This document shows positions 8,367 to 16,444 of a DNA stretch of 64,000 nt, piece after piece; within the stretch, counting starts at the first letter, position 1, and every line of letters starts with the position of its first letter. The notes under the pieces were generated by a model, which had not been told where the DNA came from, made no database searches, and was given only the letters and a program-made list of their open reading frames with translations. The stretch is from the IMG/VR virus record IMGVR_UViG_3300045988_177034. One strand, 5' to 3'. Position numbers and translations under genes: made by a program. This stretch comes from a virus.

Positions 8367-8588
8367 TCACGGTACTTTTTCAACGGCATCTTCACCATAA
8401 ACCACGAACAGACCAGAACCGTTATCCCAGCGAACCATGATACTGCCGGTATCGTCTATACCTGAAACTGTGCCGAGTGTTCCAATAGGCGGAGCCTGAA
8501 TATCATCCATTTTCAGCAGTTTCACGCGTGTTCCGGCTGGATATTCGGCACGGAGCGCAGCAACGATTTCTCGATTTGGAAAAATCAT
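8367..8588 (-). CDS. DUF4314-like small protein (73 aa)
   Basis: GAGGTG ribosome-binding site; motif IMVRWDNGSGLFVVYGED resembles the DUF4314 proteins common on Firmicutes mobile elements; tentative. Confidence 0.5.
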   Translation of the reverse strand: MIFPNREIVAALRAEYPAGTRVKLLKMDDIQAPPIGTLGTVSGIDDTGSIMVRWDNGSGLFVVYGEDAVEKVP

Positions 8589-8604
8589 AAATACACCTCG
8601 CCTC

Positions 8605-9153
8605 TTAGTATGTCACGGTGTCAAAGAACTCCTGACATTCCTCATCGTTCAACACAACACCAAAGTAGGCAACACGCTCGACGGTGGTTTCCCACACCTT
8701 AACGGTACGCGTCATAGGCTGAACGACCCACGAATGCTGTCGCCAAAGGCCATCTTCACTCAGGGCATATCCGGTCGCAATCTGACATCTGCCACGATTT
8801 GCATCCCACAGATAAGCAGCGTTCTGATGGCAACGACAATCTTCGCCCTTCTTCATGTACCTGGAGTTATAAAAAAACTGTCCTCGTTCCAGCACTTTCT
8901 CCGCATCTTCGTCACGAGTATTGAGCAAAACCTCATCGCCACCGAAAGTTAAAATTCTGTCACGCAGAGCACGCAAAGTCTTTTTCATTTCGTTTGTGAG
9001 CCAAGGCGCGGTAGCGTCCTCGTTGTACAGCTGCATCGCCTCTACTCGTTTTTTCCAGTCCTCACTCATCGGATTCCACTTGATAGGGTTTGCAACCATA
9101 TCAGGAGAGGTCATGGGTGTTTTGGCATTCCAACTGAATTTCTTATTTGCCAT
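8605..9153 (-). CDS. hypothetical protein (182 aa)
   Basis: AAAGGAG ribosome-binding site; a 60-bp degenerate copy of an internal segment recurs at about 9384-9442. Confidence 0.65.
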   Translation of the reverse strand: MANKKFSWNAKTPMTSPDMVANPIKWNPMSEDWKKRVEAMQLYNEDATAPWLTNEMKKTLRALRDRILTFGGDEVLLNTRDEDAEKVLERGQFFYNSRYMKKGEDCRCHQNAAYLWDANRGRCQIATGYALSEDGLWRQHSWVVQPMTRTVKVWETTVERVAYFGVVLNDEECQEFFDTVTY

Positions 9154-9167
9154 CGTAATACTCCTTT

Positions 9168-9202
9168 CGAAAAACCCGCTTACCAGTAGAGGTAAGCGGG
9201 TT
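9168..9202 (-). terminator. intrinsic terminator (AACCCGCTTACC-tctact-GGTAAGCGGGTT plus T5) immediately upstream of the ribosome-binding site of gene 8605..9153
   Basis: perfect 12-bp stem followed by TTTTTCG on the minus strand. Confidence 0.6.
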
Positions 9203-9254
9203 ATATTTTATTTATGCGAGCATGGGATATATTTCTTTTTTGCCACCCACATAT

Positions 9255-9289
9255 TTCAATCTAACGCAACCCATGAGGGTTGCAACAGC
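9255..9289. repeat. 35-bp repeat copy 1, TTCAATCTAACGCAACCCATGAGGGTTGCAACAGC, with internal palindrome GCAACCC-N4-GGGTTGC
   Basis: direct repeat of 9445-9479 with about 5 mismatches. Confidence 0.6.
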
Positions 9290-9444
9290 CCCTTCTTAAA
9301 AACTCATTCACTTCTATTTGTACAAGATAGAAACGACCTTTCATCGCACGGTTTAAACCGTGGGTTCTCTTAGTCTGCCTTTATAAGCAGTGTTCTGATA
9401 ACAACGGCAACTTTCGCCATTCTTCATGTATTTGGAGCCGTAAT

Positions 9445-9479
9445 TTCAATCAAACGCAACCCGCATGGGTTGCAACAGC
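9445..9479. repeat. 35-bp repeat copy 2, TTCAATCAAACGCAACCCGCATGGGTTGCAACAGC
   Basis: direct repeat of 9255-9289; lies in the 340-bp non-coding region 9203-9542. Confidence 0.6.
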
Positions 9480-9542
9480 AAACTTGCACAAACGAAGCGA
9501 CAAGTTGTCATACATTTTGTACAATGTTTGTCTGCTTTTATT

Positions 9543-9839
9543 TCATCCCCACACTTCAGTGACTTTTCTGGGGATTCCGTGCTTGTCGATTTGCCGTCGA
9601 TAAATCGTGAACTTGCTCTTGGGATGAGCATTCACGTAATCGTTTCTTGCGACATCGGTGTTCGCAATCAGCAGATTTTTATCAGCAATAAGAACGCTTT
9701 CCCATCCAGAATCGAGAAGCGTACTGGCAACATCCTTGAAAGATACGTCTGCAGGCGTATCGCACTTACAAACCCCTCGTGCGATAGGATGCGCAGTGGC
9801 AATGATTTTTGCTGCCGTCATCACAGTCTCGTAACTCAT
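9543..9839 (-). CDS. hypothetical protein (98 aa)
   Basis: GGAGG ribosome-binding site upstream of ATG 9839. Confidence 0.55.
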   Translation of the reverse strand: MSYETVMTAAKIIATAHPIARGVCKCDTPADVSFKDVASTLLDSGWESVLIADKNLLIANTDVARNDYVNAHPKSKFTIYRRQIDKHGIPRKVTEVWG

Positions 9840-9851
9840 AGTGTCCTCCTA

Positions 9852-10103
9852 TCACGCCACCTCGAAATACTTTTCGACATCGCTGTTGATAGAACGCGCA
9901 GGAACACCCTTGGTCTTCTCACTGTAGTAGCCACGCTTTTTCAGCGTGTTCTTAACAATAGAAATGCTCTTGTCGCTGCGCATGGTACGCTTTCTCTTTT
10001 CGATGCGTGCAGAACGAATGCGCTTTTCGTACTTCTGCATACGAACAGCGTCCATAATGATAGGAGCAGTAGTCTCCGCGACATACTCATTAAAAGTTTT
10101 CAT
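9852..10103 (-). CDS. hypothetical basic protein (83 aa; start MKTFNEY)
   Basis: GGAGGA ribosome-binding site 9 nt upstream of ATG 10103. Confidence 0.5.
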   Translation of the reverse strand: MKTFNEYVAETTAPIIMDAVRMQKYEKRIRSARIEKRKRTMRSDKSISIVKNTLKKRGYYSEKTKGVPARSINSDVEKYFEVA

Positions 10104-10135
10104 ATTCACATATCCTCCGTAATATATTATTTTTC

Positions 10136-10174
10136 TAAATAAAAAAGGCAGCTATTTTCTCAAAAATAGCTACC
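10136..10174 (-). terminator. intrinsic-terminator-like hairpin plus T6 in the 5' leader of gene 9852..10103
   Basis: minus-strand read GGTAGCTATTTTtgagAAAATAGCTGCCttttttattt; lies between promoter 10267-10294 and the ribosome-binding site. Confidence 0.5.
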
Positions 10175-10266
10175 TTTAGTACATTGTGATTGGCGATAAT
10201 TCAATCATGCACGCCCATAAAACTCTGGTGCGATGCATTGTGTGATTTTATTTATCGGATAACTAT

Positions 10267-10294
10267 ATATTATTAACTTTGCAGCAATTTGCAA
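10267..10294 (-). promoter_or_regulatory. family-1 conserved promoter: TTGCAA - 16 nt - TAATAT
   Basis: minus-strand read tgtaCTTGCAAattgctgcaaagttaaTAATATatagttatccGATAAAT. Confidence 0.6.
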
Positions 10295-10306
10295 GTACAG
10301 GATACA

Positions 10307-10340
10307 ATAAAAAGCGCCTCCCGTATTACGGGGAAGCGCC
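10307..10340 (-). terminator. strong intrinsic terminator (GGCGCTTCCCCG-tatta-CGGGGAGGCGC plus T5) after gene 10351..10950
   Basis: 11-bp GC-rich stem followed by TTTTTATTG on the minus strand, between the stop at 10351 and the -35 at 10294. Confidence 0.7.
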
Positions 10341-10350
10341 TTAGTGTTAT

Positions 10351-10950
10351 TTATTCTTTGTTATCCGAAGGAATTTTCGGAGACTTCTTCTTCTCAACGA
10401 AAGCATCAATCGTTCGGCCGAAACGATTAAGAAGCATTGCGCCAAGATAAAGAATGATGCCGCTAATCATGATACCAACATCAAGCGTCTCAAATCCTGC
10501 GAAACTCTTGCAATAAATAGAACTGACTGCGAGAGCGCCAAGCGTTGGCAGAGAAGCAATCGTTACCGTGAGTGCCGCATACACAACACTATTCAGAACA
10601 GTACCAATGCTTGCAATGATGCCGCGCTTTTTAAAAGTGCGCTGCTTATCGTAGGACATCTGATAAGCCCCGATAAGACTTGGTTCACGAATAATGTCGC
10701 GCAGATGCAGCAGGCACCACGCCAAAACAGCACACCCGATGCCGCAGCCGACCTTATAGGCACTCATGCGAGAACCCCACAGGTCATTTGCGTTGGCGGG
10801 AACGACGAACGCCAGAATGTTGAACAGGACGGCAAACAAGACGAACATTGCCATGTGGGGATTCTTGGCAGTGTTGCGAGCCTCGTTCTTTGCCTTACTT
10901 GTGATTTCCTCGGTCTGATTGTGAATTTTCACATTGAGAATCTTTTCCAT
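10351..10950 (-). CDS. integral membrane protein (199 aa, about 4 predicted transmembrane helices)
   Basis: AAAGGAAAGG ribosome-binding site; long hydrophobic segments; no motif recognised. Confidence 0.6.
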   Translation of the reverse strand: MEKILNVKIHNQTEEITSKAKNEARNTAKNPHMAMFVLFAVLFNILAFVVPANANDLWGSRMSAYKVGCGIGCAVLAWCLLHLRDIIREPSLIGAYQMSYDKQRTFKKRGIIASIGTVLNSVVYAALTVTIASLPTLGALAVSSIYCKSFAGFETLDVGIMISGIILYLGAMLLNRFGRTIDAFVEKKKSPKIPSDNKE

Positions 10951-11071
10951 TTTTACCTTTCCTTTCTTGCGAACGATTTAGTTATAAATCGTTTTTTAGT
11001 CGTGATAGTGATGCGAAATACCGTATATGATTGCGAGCGCTAATGCAATGTAGATATAAAGATATCCCTTT

Positions 11072-11182
11072 TCAATCAGCCTCAATGATTCCGTTCCAGT
11101 CGAGAGCGGCGATGAAGCTGACTCCCATGGTGAAAATCCACAAAAACGCGGCAACGAGAACGATACTGTCAAGCACATTCAT
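11072..11182 (-). CDS. small hydrophobic peptide (36 aa, MNVLDSIVLVAAFLWIFTMGVSFIAALDWNGIIEAD)
   Basis: GGAGG ribosome-binding site 8 nt upstream of ATG 11182; I prefer this to the overlapping 60-aa ORF 10996..11178, which has no ribosome-binding site. Confidence 0.35.
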   Translation of the reverse strand: MNVLDSIVLVAAFLWIFTMGVSFIAALDWNGIIEAD

Positions 11183-11233
11183 AGTAAATACCTCCATAGT
11201 TTAAAGAGTTGTAAATATCGGACATCTATATAA

Positions 11234-11271
11234 ACAGCAAAAAGCCGCCAATGGGACAATCCACTGGCGGC
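11234..11271 (-). terminator. intrinsic-terminator-like hairpin (GCCGCCAGTGG-attgtc-CCATTGGCGGC plus T5); also the likely terminator of the sec-sortase operon
   Basis: lies downstream of sortase gene and promoter 11326-11353 and upstream of the small peptide gene. Confidence 0.55.
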
Positions 11272-11325
11272 TCAGTTGCCGATTGCAATAATACAGTTAA
11301 ATCATTTGATTTATGTTATGTCTTA

Positions 11326-11353
11326 ATTATATTAACTTCGCAGCATAATGCAA
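11326..11353 (-). promoter_or_regulatory. family-1 conserved promoter: TTGCAT - 16 nt - TATAAT
   Basis: minus-strand read acacTTGCATtatgctgcgaagttaaTATAATtaagacataacATAAAT. Confidence 0.6.
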
Positions 11354-11360
11354 GTGTTTT

Positions 11361-12332
11361 TTAGAAAATCTGGTCAAGCTTTGCGCATACAATAAAACGA
11401 GTATCGTAATTATCACTGCCGGAACAGGTGGACAAAATCAAGACCTTATCATTCAATCCAACTTCTGTGGCGTACTGATTGTAAGAGTAAGCTTTCATAC
11501 TTGCAATCTCTGTCAGGAAATACGAATCATCCGGATTCGCAATGGTATAACTTGGGTCAATAGGATAATCGGCAACAGCAAAGATTTTCCATCGTGTCTG
11601 CTGTTCACCCAAGGTAAGATAAATATACCGATGTTCCTTTGCAAAGTTGACATCGCGAAAGTATTTCAAAACACTGAATTTCTTGTGCATACTATTTCCG
11701 TTGCTATGTCCAAAAATAACAGTTACTCTGTACATATCGTCAACATTGCTGACATTCCATTCGGAGGGAACAAAATAAGCGCCCCAGATGCTTTCCCTAT
11801 CGAACTCATTGTGAGTCAGGTAATAATCATCGTCTGTGGGATGCTGCAAAATGGGCTCATCTGTAACATCAACGCCGGGAACGGTTAAGTAACCAACGGT
11901 GTTTTTGGAATACGCTGGCTTTGGTGTCGGTTCCGGTTCTGAATCACTCTCACTTGAATTAGAAGACGGGATAAGAATCGAGGGAGTAGAAACAGGTTCT
12001 TCTACATCATCGGAGATGTTTCCTGTCTCATATGCAGGGATATGATAGTAATCATACGCTTTCCATCCAATATAGCCAATCATGGCAATAAGAACGATGC
12101 AGATTACGACCAACAAAACTGTCCAGATGGAAAATCGCCGTTTCTCTTTGTCCTCTGACGCGTCCATCGCATCCATCGATTCATTGTCATCCTCGTCATG
12201 ACTTGCCTTTTGATGAGGGAAGTTTTCACCAGTTCCATCATCCTCATCATTTGGAATGTAATTGTACGCACCAAGTTCCTGCTCGAAATGTTCTTCTTCA
12301 GGCAGCGGTGGAATAATAGGTGTTTTTGCCAT
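11361..12332 (-). CDS. sortase-family transpeptidase (class B-like), 323 aa, with N-terminal membrane anchor
   Basis: catalytic motifs VIFGHS (His), LILSTCS (TLxTC-type Cys) and downstream Arg (YDTRFIV); one N-terminal transmembrane helix after an acidic cytoplasmic stretch; AAGGTGA ribosome-binding site; 12 nt after the upstream gene. Confidence 0.8.
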   Translation of the reverse strand: MAKTPIIPPLPEEEHFEQELGAYNYIPNDEDDGTGENFPHQKASHDEDDNESMDAMDASEDKEKRRFSIWTVLLVVICIVLIAMIGYIGWKAYDYYHIPAYETGNISDDVEEPVSTPSILIPSSNSSESDSEPEPTPKPAYSKNTVGYLTVPGVDVTDEPILQHPTDDDYYLTHNEFDRESIWGAYFVPSEWNVSNVDDMYRVTVIFGHSNGNSMHKKFSVLKYFRDVNFAKEHRYIYLTLGEQQTRWKIFAVADYPIDPSYTIANPDDSYFLTEIASMKAYSYNQYATEVGLNDKVLILSTCSGSDNYDTRFIVCAKLDQIF

Positions 12333-12343
12333 AATACATCACC

Positions 12344-13507
12344 TTATTCAGCTGCGGCAGACCGCTCGTACACATCAATGCAGTAGTTGCCCATAATCTT
12401 GTTGTACATGCACTCCTGTGCCAAAGGACCTGCCCCATAGGTATCAACGGCGTTATCGTAGTTACTGCCAATATAAGCTTTCACTTCATCGACAGACGGT
12501 TTATAGTCCTGTTCCTCTGCCAGATACTGCGCAACAAGGCTCAGTAAAACATTTTCTTCCGTCTGACTACGAAGACTTTCTGAATACTCCTCCGAGGTCT
12601 TATAATTGCTGTATGTCTGAACGAATGTCTCCAAGTCCATATTGTAGGCAGTTGCTTCGTTTTCGACATACTTCAAGTTGGTTTCAAGACTCAGGTTGAC
12701 AAGGTCTGTCGTATCCTTTTTGAGTTTTACATTATCAATGAAATACTGTTCAATCTCATTCTGAATCTTATTCATCCGAAGATTCTCTTCAACATATTCA
12801 CGAAGCAGAGCTACTGTGGTTACAGCAGTGCCGTCTTGCAGCTTGTAGCCACTCATGATACCGGCGACATCAGCATCTGTCATGCTATATTGAGAAATTT
12901 TATTAAGCGTTACATGGAAAACAGCTTCCTTGTTGGCGAGTTCGATAGTCTGCTCTCCTGTAGTTCTATCTGTTGTACTGCTATATCCATCAGGGAATGT
13001 TACCGTAACATCAAACGAATCCCCCGTGTTATGCCCGACGATTTGCTCTTCAAATCCGTCAATAAAGGTATTGGAACCGAGTTCCAAATCGTAGTCTTCT
13101 GTTGCTCCACCGGTAAAAGCAACACCATCAACCGTACCCTCATAGTCAATGTTCACAACATCGCCTTCCTGTGCGGCGCGGTCTGTTACCTCTGTCGTCA
13201 GCTTGTAATTGGACTGAAAATAATCCAACTCGCTTTGAATCTCCTCGTCTGTAACGGCGTATACATCTTTGCTGACCGTATACTTCTTATAATCCTTGGG
13301 CATCTTTATGTATTTGGACGCAGTCACATCACGAAAATACCCATCATCATCAAGACCGAGGTCATACTCAACAGCGGAAGCTGTTTCGGAGGTGGCTGTT
13401 TCCGCAGTCTCAGATGCACTTGTATCGGCCATATCTTTACTGCACGCGGTCAATGCAATACATGCAGCACTGATGACTGCCAAAATCACTTTTCCATTTT
13501 TTTTCAT
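12344..13507 (-). CDS. lipoprotein with trigger-factor/FKBP-type peptidyl-prolyl isomerase domain (387 aa)
   Basis: lipoprotein signal peptide MKKNGKVILAVISAACIALTAC; segment DVVNIDYEGTVDGVAFTGGATEDYDLELGSNTFIDGFEEQIVG matches the trigger-factor prolyl isomerase consensus; AAGGAG ribosome-binding site. Confidence 0.7.
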   Translation of the reverse strand: MKKNGKVILAVISAACIALTACSKDMADTSASETAETATSETASAVEYDLGLDDDGYFRDVTASKYIKMPKDYKKYTVSKDVYAVTDEEIQSELDYFQSNYKLTTEVTDRAAQEGDVVNIDYEGTVDGVAFTGGATEDYDLELGSNTFIDGFEEQIVGHNTGDSFDVTVTFPDGYSSTTDRTTGEQTIELANKEAVFHVTLNKISQYSMTDADVAGIMSGYKLQDGTAVTTVALLREYVEENLRMNKIQNEIEQYFIDNVKLKKDTTDLVNLSLETNLKYVENEATAYNMDLETFVQTYSNYKTSEEYSESLRSQTEENVLLSLVAQYLAEEQDYKPSVDEVKAYIGSNYDNAVDTYGAGPLAQECMYNKIMGNYCIDVYERSAAAE

Positions 13508-13565
13508 GAAAGAAACTCCTTTATAAAAAGACCCCGGCAGACAGGTTGCCTACCGGGGCAGTATT

Positions 13566-13817
13566 TTAAACGAACAGGAACGGAACGTGAAGTAACAGAG
13601 CGTATGCCGCATCCATAATGCCAATAATAACGGCGGATACAGCACTCACAGCAAGAACTGCTCCGGTTCGACGGAGCGTGTTGTGCATACTCGGCCAAGT
13701 CACATTTTTGGGTGCAACCAAATTGTGCAGCTTCTTAGGCGTGCTCTTGACGAAAGAAGGAATTGCCTTCACGAAATTCGCAATAGCCGTTCCTACCTTT
13801 TTCAGTTTATCTTTCAT
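13566..13817 (-). CDS. secE: SecE-like protein (83 aa; start MKDKLKK)
   Basis: segment KNVTWPSMHNTLRRTGAVLAVSAVSAVIIGIMDAAY fits the SecE core (K-V-x-WP ... transmembrane helix ... D); GGAGG ribosome-binding site; ATGA overlap with the upstream gene. Confidence 0.5.
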   Translation of the reverse strand: MKDKLKKVGTAIANFVKAIPSFVKSTPKKLHNLVAPKNVTWPSMHNTLRRTGAVLAVSAVSAVIIGIMDAAYALLLHVPFLFV

Positions 13818-14068
13818 GCCGCACCTCCTACTCCGGTTACTACGAACATGATGATTGCGATAACAAGCAGAATAGCTGTACATACAGCAACCAGTTTATT
13901 TGCGGACGTTTTCGTGCTGTCTTTAGCACTCGAGCGCATTGTATCACTGATTCCGGTGATAACACTAAGACTGTTCTTGTCAGCCTTATCCATGGAAAGC
14001 GTAACCGCACAAACCAGAACAGAAACCAGCAGAATCAAGATGCACAGAATGATTTCATAAATTGCCAT
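13814..14068 (-). CDS. secG: SecG-like small membrane protein (84 aa; two transmembrane helices flanking a polar loop)
   Basis: topology and size match SecG/Asp5-like proteins; loop LSVITGISD loosely resembles the SecG glycine loop; assigned mainly because it sits between SecY and SecE. Confidence 0.4.
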   Translation of the reverse strand: MAIYEIILCILILLVSVLVCAVTLSMDKADKNSLSVITGISDTMRSSAKDSTKTSANKLVAVCTAILLVIAIIMFVVTGVGGAA

Positions 14069-14083
14069 TGTGTTGCCCTCCCG

Positions 14084-15424
14084 TCAATTCAAGAAACCCT
14101 TGTGATGGCGAACCACCAAATGGCTGTTAAGAGAATCGATAACTTCAAGCGTAACACCTGTGACAATCAACAGACTGGTACCGCCAAAGTGCATGTTCAG
14201 ACCTGTAACCGCAGTTGCCAAGATAGGCACACATGCAATAACCGAAAGAACAAATGCTCCCGAACCGGCGAGAGAATGGCAAGCATTGCGCAGATAATCA
14301 CTGGTAGCTTTGCCTGCTCGAATACCGGGGATACTGCCGCCGTTCTTGCGCAGGTTGTTTGCCATTTCGATGGGGTCGAATGTGATGTCGATGTAGAATA
14401 AGTTGAATGCGAAAATCAGGGCTACATACGCAACATCATAAATCCAATTCCGCGAATTCCAAGATGCCAGCGCCATATACAGGCTGGGGTGCTTGTTGTA
14501 ATCGAGGAACATCGTCACGAGAGACGGCATACTGCAAATGGTGGACGAGAAAATAATAGGCATAACACCCGACATAATCAGTTTGATGGGGATATAACTG
14601 GACTGACCAGTGGATGCTTTGTTCCCTACATTTTTACCGGCATACTGAACAGGAACGCGGCGCTCTGCATCGCTTGCGAAAACGACATAGAAGGTGGCCG
14701 CCAAAACAAAGAGGATGACGCCGGGAATCATCAGATAATACCACCATCCATTTTCTTTGCCCATTGCAATAGAGTTCTGGAACAACGAGATGACAGCATC
14801 CCATCTGGAAATGATACCGGTAAAGATGATAAGGGAAATACCGTTGCCAATACCTTTTTCGTCAATCAGCCATCCAAGCCAGATGACGATTTGAGAACCA
14901 GCAGTCAGAATGGCAATAACAGTAATGGCTTCCACGACCTGCGAAATGCCGGAAGTGTATTTCATCGCACCGTAGTTCTTCATAATAAAGAAGTACCCGA
15001 TAGCTGTTACGACCGCCAAACCACAACCAACATACTGCGTGATTTTATTGATTTGCTTCTGCCCGCCGATGTCCTTGCTGATTTCTTCCAGTTTCGGAAT
15101 CGCAACAGTCAAAAGCTGGATGATGATGCTTGCGTTGATGTATGCAGATACGCCAATCGCAAATACCGCACACTGAGAAAGTGCGCCACCGGAAACCAGA
15201 TTGTAATAATCCAGTACAGAGGTGCTTCCGAACATAGTCTGAAGCGCAGCGGTGTTTACGAACGGAATCGTAATACCGCAACCCAGACGATAAATCAGAA
15301 GACAAAGGATGGTGAAGAGAATCTTGTTGCGAACATCATCCACCATCAGCTTCTGAAAGATGGTGCTGTTCGAATAAGACTTTTTGAGTTTCGGCTTTTT
15401 CGCCGGATTTTTAATGTTGTCCAA
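14084..15424 (-). CDS. secY: SecY-family translocon subunit, accessory or second copy (446 aa; TTG start)
   Basis: strong SecY motifs: GGALSQ, GIGNGISLIIF, RVPVQYAGK, YIPIKL, IPGIRAGK, GGTSLLIVTGVTLEVIDSLNSHLVVRHHKGF; not in a ribosomal-protein operon context; AAGGAG ribosome-binding site 6 nt before TTG. Confidence 0.9.
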   Translation of the reverse strand: MDNIKNPAKKPKLKKSYSNSTIFQKLMVDDVRNKILFTILCLLIYRLGCGITIPFVNTAALQTMFGSTSVLDYYNLVSGGALSQCAVFAIGVSAYINASIIIQLLTVAIPKLEEISKDIGGQKQINKITQYVGCGLAVVTAIGYFFIMKNYGAMKYTSGISQVVEAITVIAILTAGSQIVIWLGWLIDEKGIGNGISLIIFTGIISRWDAVISLFQNSIAMGKENGWWYYLMIPGVILFVLAATFYVVFASDAERRVPVQYAGKNVGNKASTGQSSYIPIKLIMSGVMPIIFSSTICSMPSLVTMFLDYNKHPSLYMALASWNSRNWIYDVAYVALIFAFNLFYIDITFDPIEMANNLRKNGGSIPGIRAGKATSDYLRNACHSLAGSGAFVLSVIACVPILATAVTGLNMHFGGTSLLIVTGVTLEVIDSLNSHLVVRHHKGFLN

Positions 15425-15448
15425 TGCTTACTCCTTCCGCGACTGAGA

Positions 15449-15724
15449 TTATCGAGCAAAGAAAGCAACGATGATTCGCATCAGAAAGGCTACAACGGCC
15501 AACTTCGTTGCAAGCCACATGAACCAATCGAGTTTGTCGATACCTTCGTCGAATACATTTGTTGCGGCAGCATCTTTTTTGTTGCTGTCGCAATCCCCGT
15601 CAACATGGTTTTTCTTGATTTTGTTGCGATTAAGCACAAACAAAGTTCGAAACAAAGCCCATGTTGCAATACAGAATCCGTATACGATTAGAAGCTCAAT
15701 ACAGAAACTGTGCAAAGACGACAT
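15449..15724 (-). CDS. small membrane protein (91 aa, 2 transmembrane helices)
   Basis: ORF track; start overlaps the stop of the upstream gene (TAATG). Confidence 0.5.
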   Translation of the reverse strand: MSSLHSFCIELLIVYGFCIATWALFRTLFVLNRNKIKKNHVDGDCDSNKKDAAATNVFDEGIDKLDWFMWLATKLAVVAFLMRIIVAFFAR

Positions 15725-16401
15725 TAAGCGGATGCGCCGTTGGCGTCAGGAGTCGTATTGGAGGCGGTCTCGGCAGCGGCCTCTACCGGAGTTTCCGTGA
15801 CAGTCTCTGCGGGAGAAGTAATATCCCCGGTGATTGCGGGGACATTGGCATCTTCTGCGACCGACTCATTGACGGGCGCTTCAATAACCGCATCCTTGAC
15901 TCCATCAGCAGTCACTTTCTTTGCTGCGATTTTTGCGAAGTGCTCATTGCGCTTTTCACGGCAAGCCTTGCAGCGGGTGGGGAGCTTGTAGTCATGGACG
16001 ACATACCAGTACAGCTCGCGGTTGGTAAACTGCAGCTTCTGACCGCAATCTGCGCAGGTGTCTTCCAGACCGATGTTATCCAGCCCGCGTTTCACGAAGT
16101 CGCGATGAATCTTGCGGCATTCCGGGCAGCGGTTCGGCAGAGAATAACCGTGACTCTCGAAGAAATCGCGGTCACGATTGGTGATGTCGAATTCATGACC
16201 GCAGTCAACGCACTTGCGGGTCTCAAACACCTCATTGCTCTTTGCATCAGCTTCCTTGCGAGCTTCATCCTCTGCGCGGCGCTTTGCGAAATCGTCACGC
16301 ATACGACACTCGCGGCACAGCACCTCGCTCTCATTGGCGGTGCTGAACGGCTTGTTGCACTTCTCACAGGTCTTGCGGAACTTCTTTGCTGCATCTTTCA
16401 T
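15724..16401 (-). CDS. protein with three tandem Cys4 zinc-ribbon modules and an acidic tail (225 aa)
   Basis: repeated CxxC-(17-20)-CxxC modules (KCVDCGHEF...CPECRKIHR x3). Confidence 0.6.
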   Translation of the reverse strand: MKDAAKKFRKTCEKCNKPFSTANESEVLCRECRMRDDFAKRRAEDEARKEADAKSNEVFETRKCVDCGHEFDITNRDRDFFESHGYSLPNRCPECRKIHRDFVKRGLDNIGLEDTCADCGQKLQFTNRELYWYVVHDYKLPTRCKACREKRNEHFAKIAAKKVTADGVKDAVIEAPVNESVAEDANVPAITGDITSPAETVTETPVEAAAETASNTTPDANGASA

Positions 16402-16444
16402 GGTTAAGTCTCCTTTATGGTAAAAAAATTAAAATAATGATTGA

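Noticed and set aside
9446-9631. 61-aa minus-strand ORF overlapping gene 9543-9839 and the non-coding repeat region
   Set aside because: It overlaps a better-supported gene in another frame and runs across the 35-bp repeat and palindrome. It has no ribosome-binding site.
10996-11178. 60-aa minus-strand ORF from the ORF track
   Set aside because: It has no ribosome-binding site and sits in the other frame of the same locus. The overlapping 36-aa ORF (11072-11182) has a GGAGG ribosome-binding site at ideal spacing and encodes a coherent transmembrane helix.
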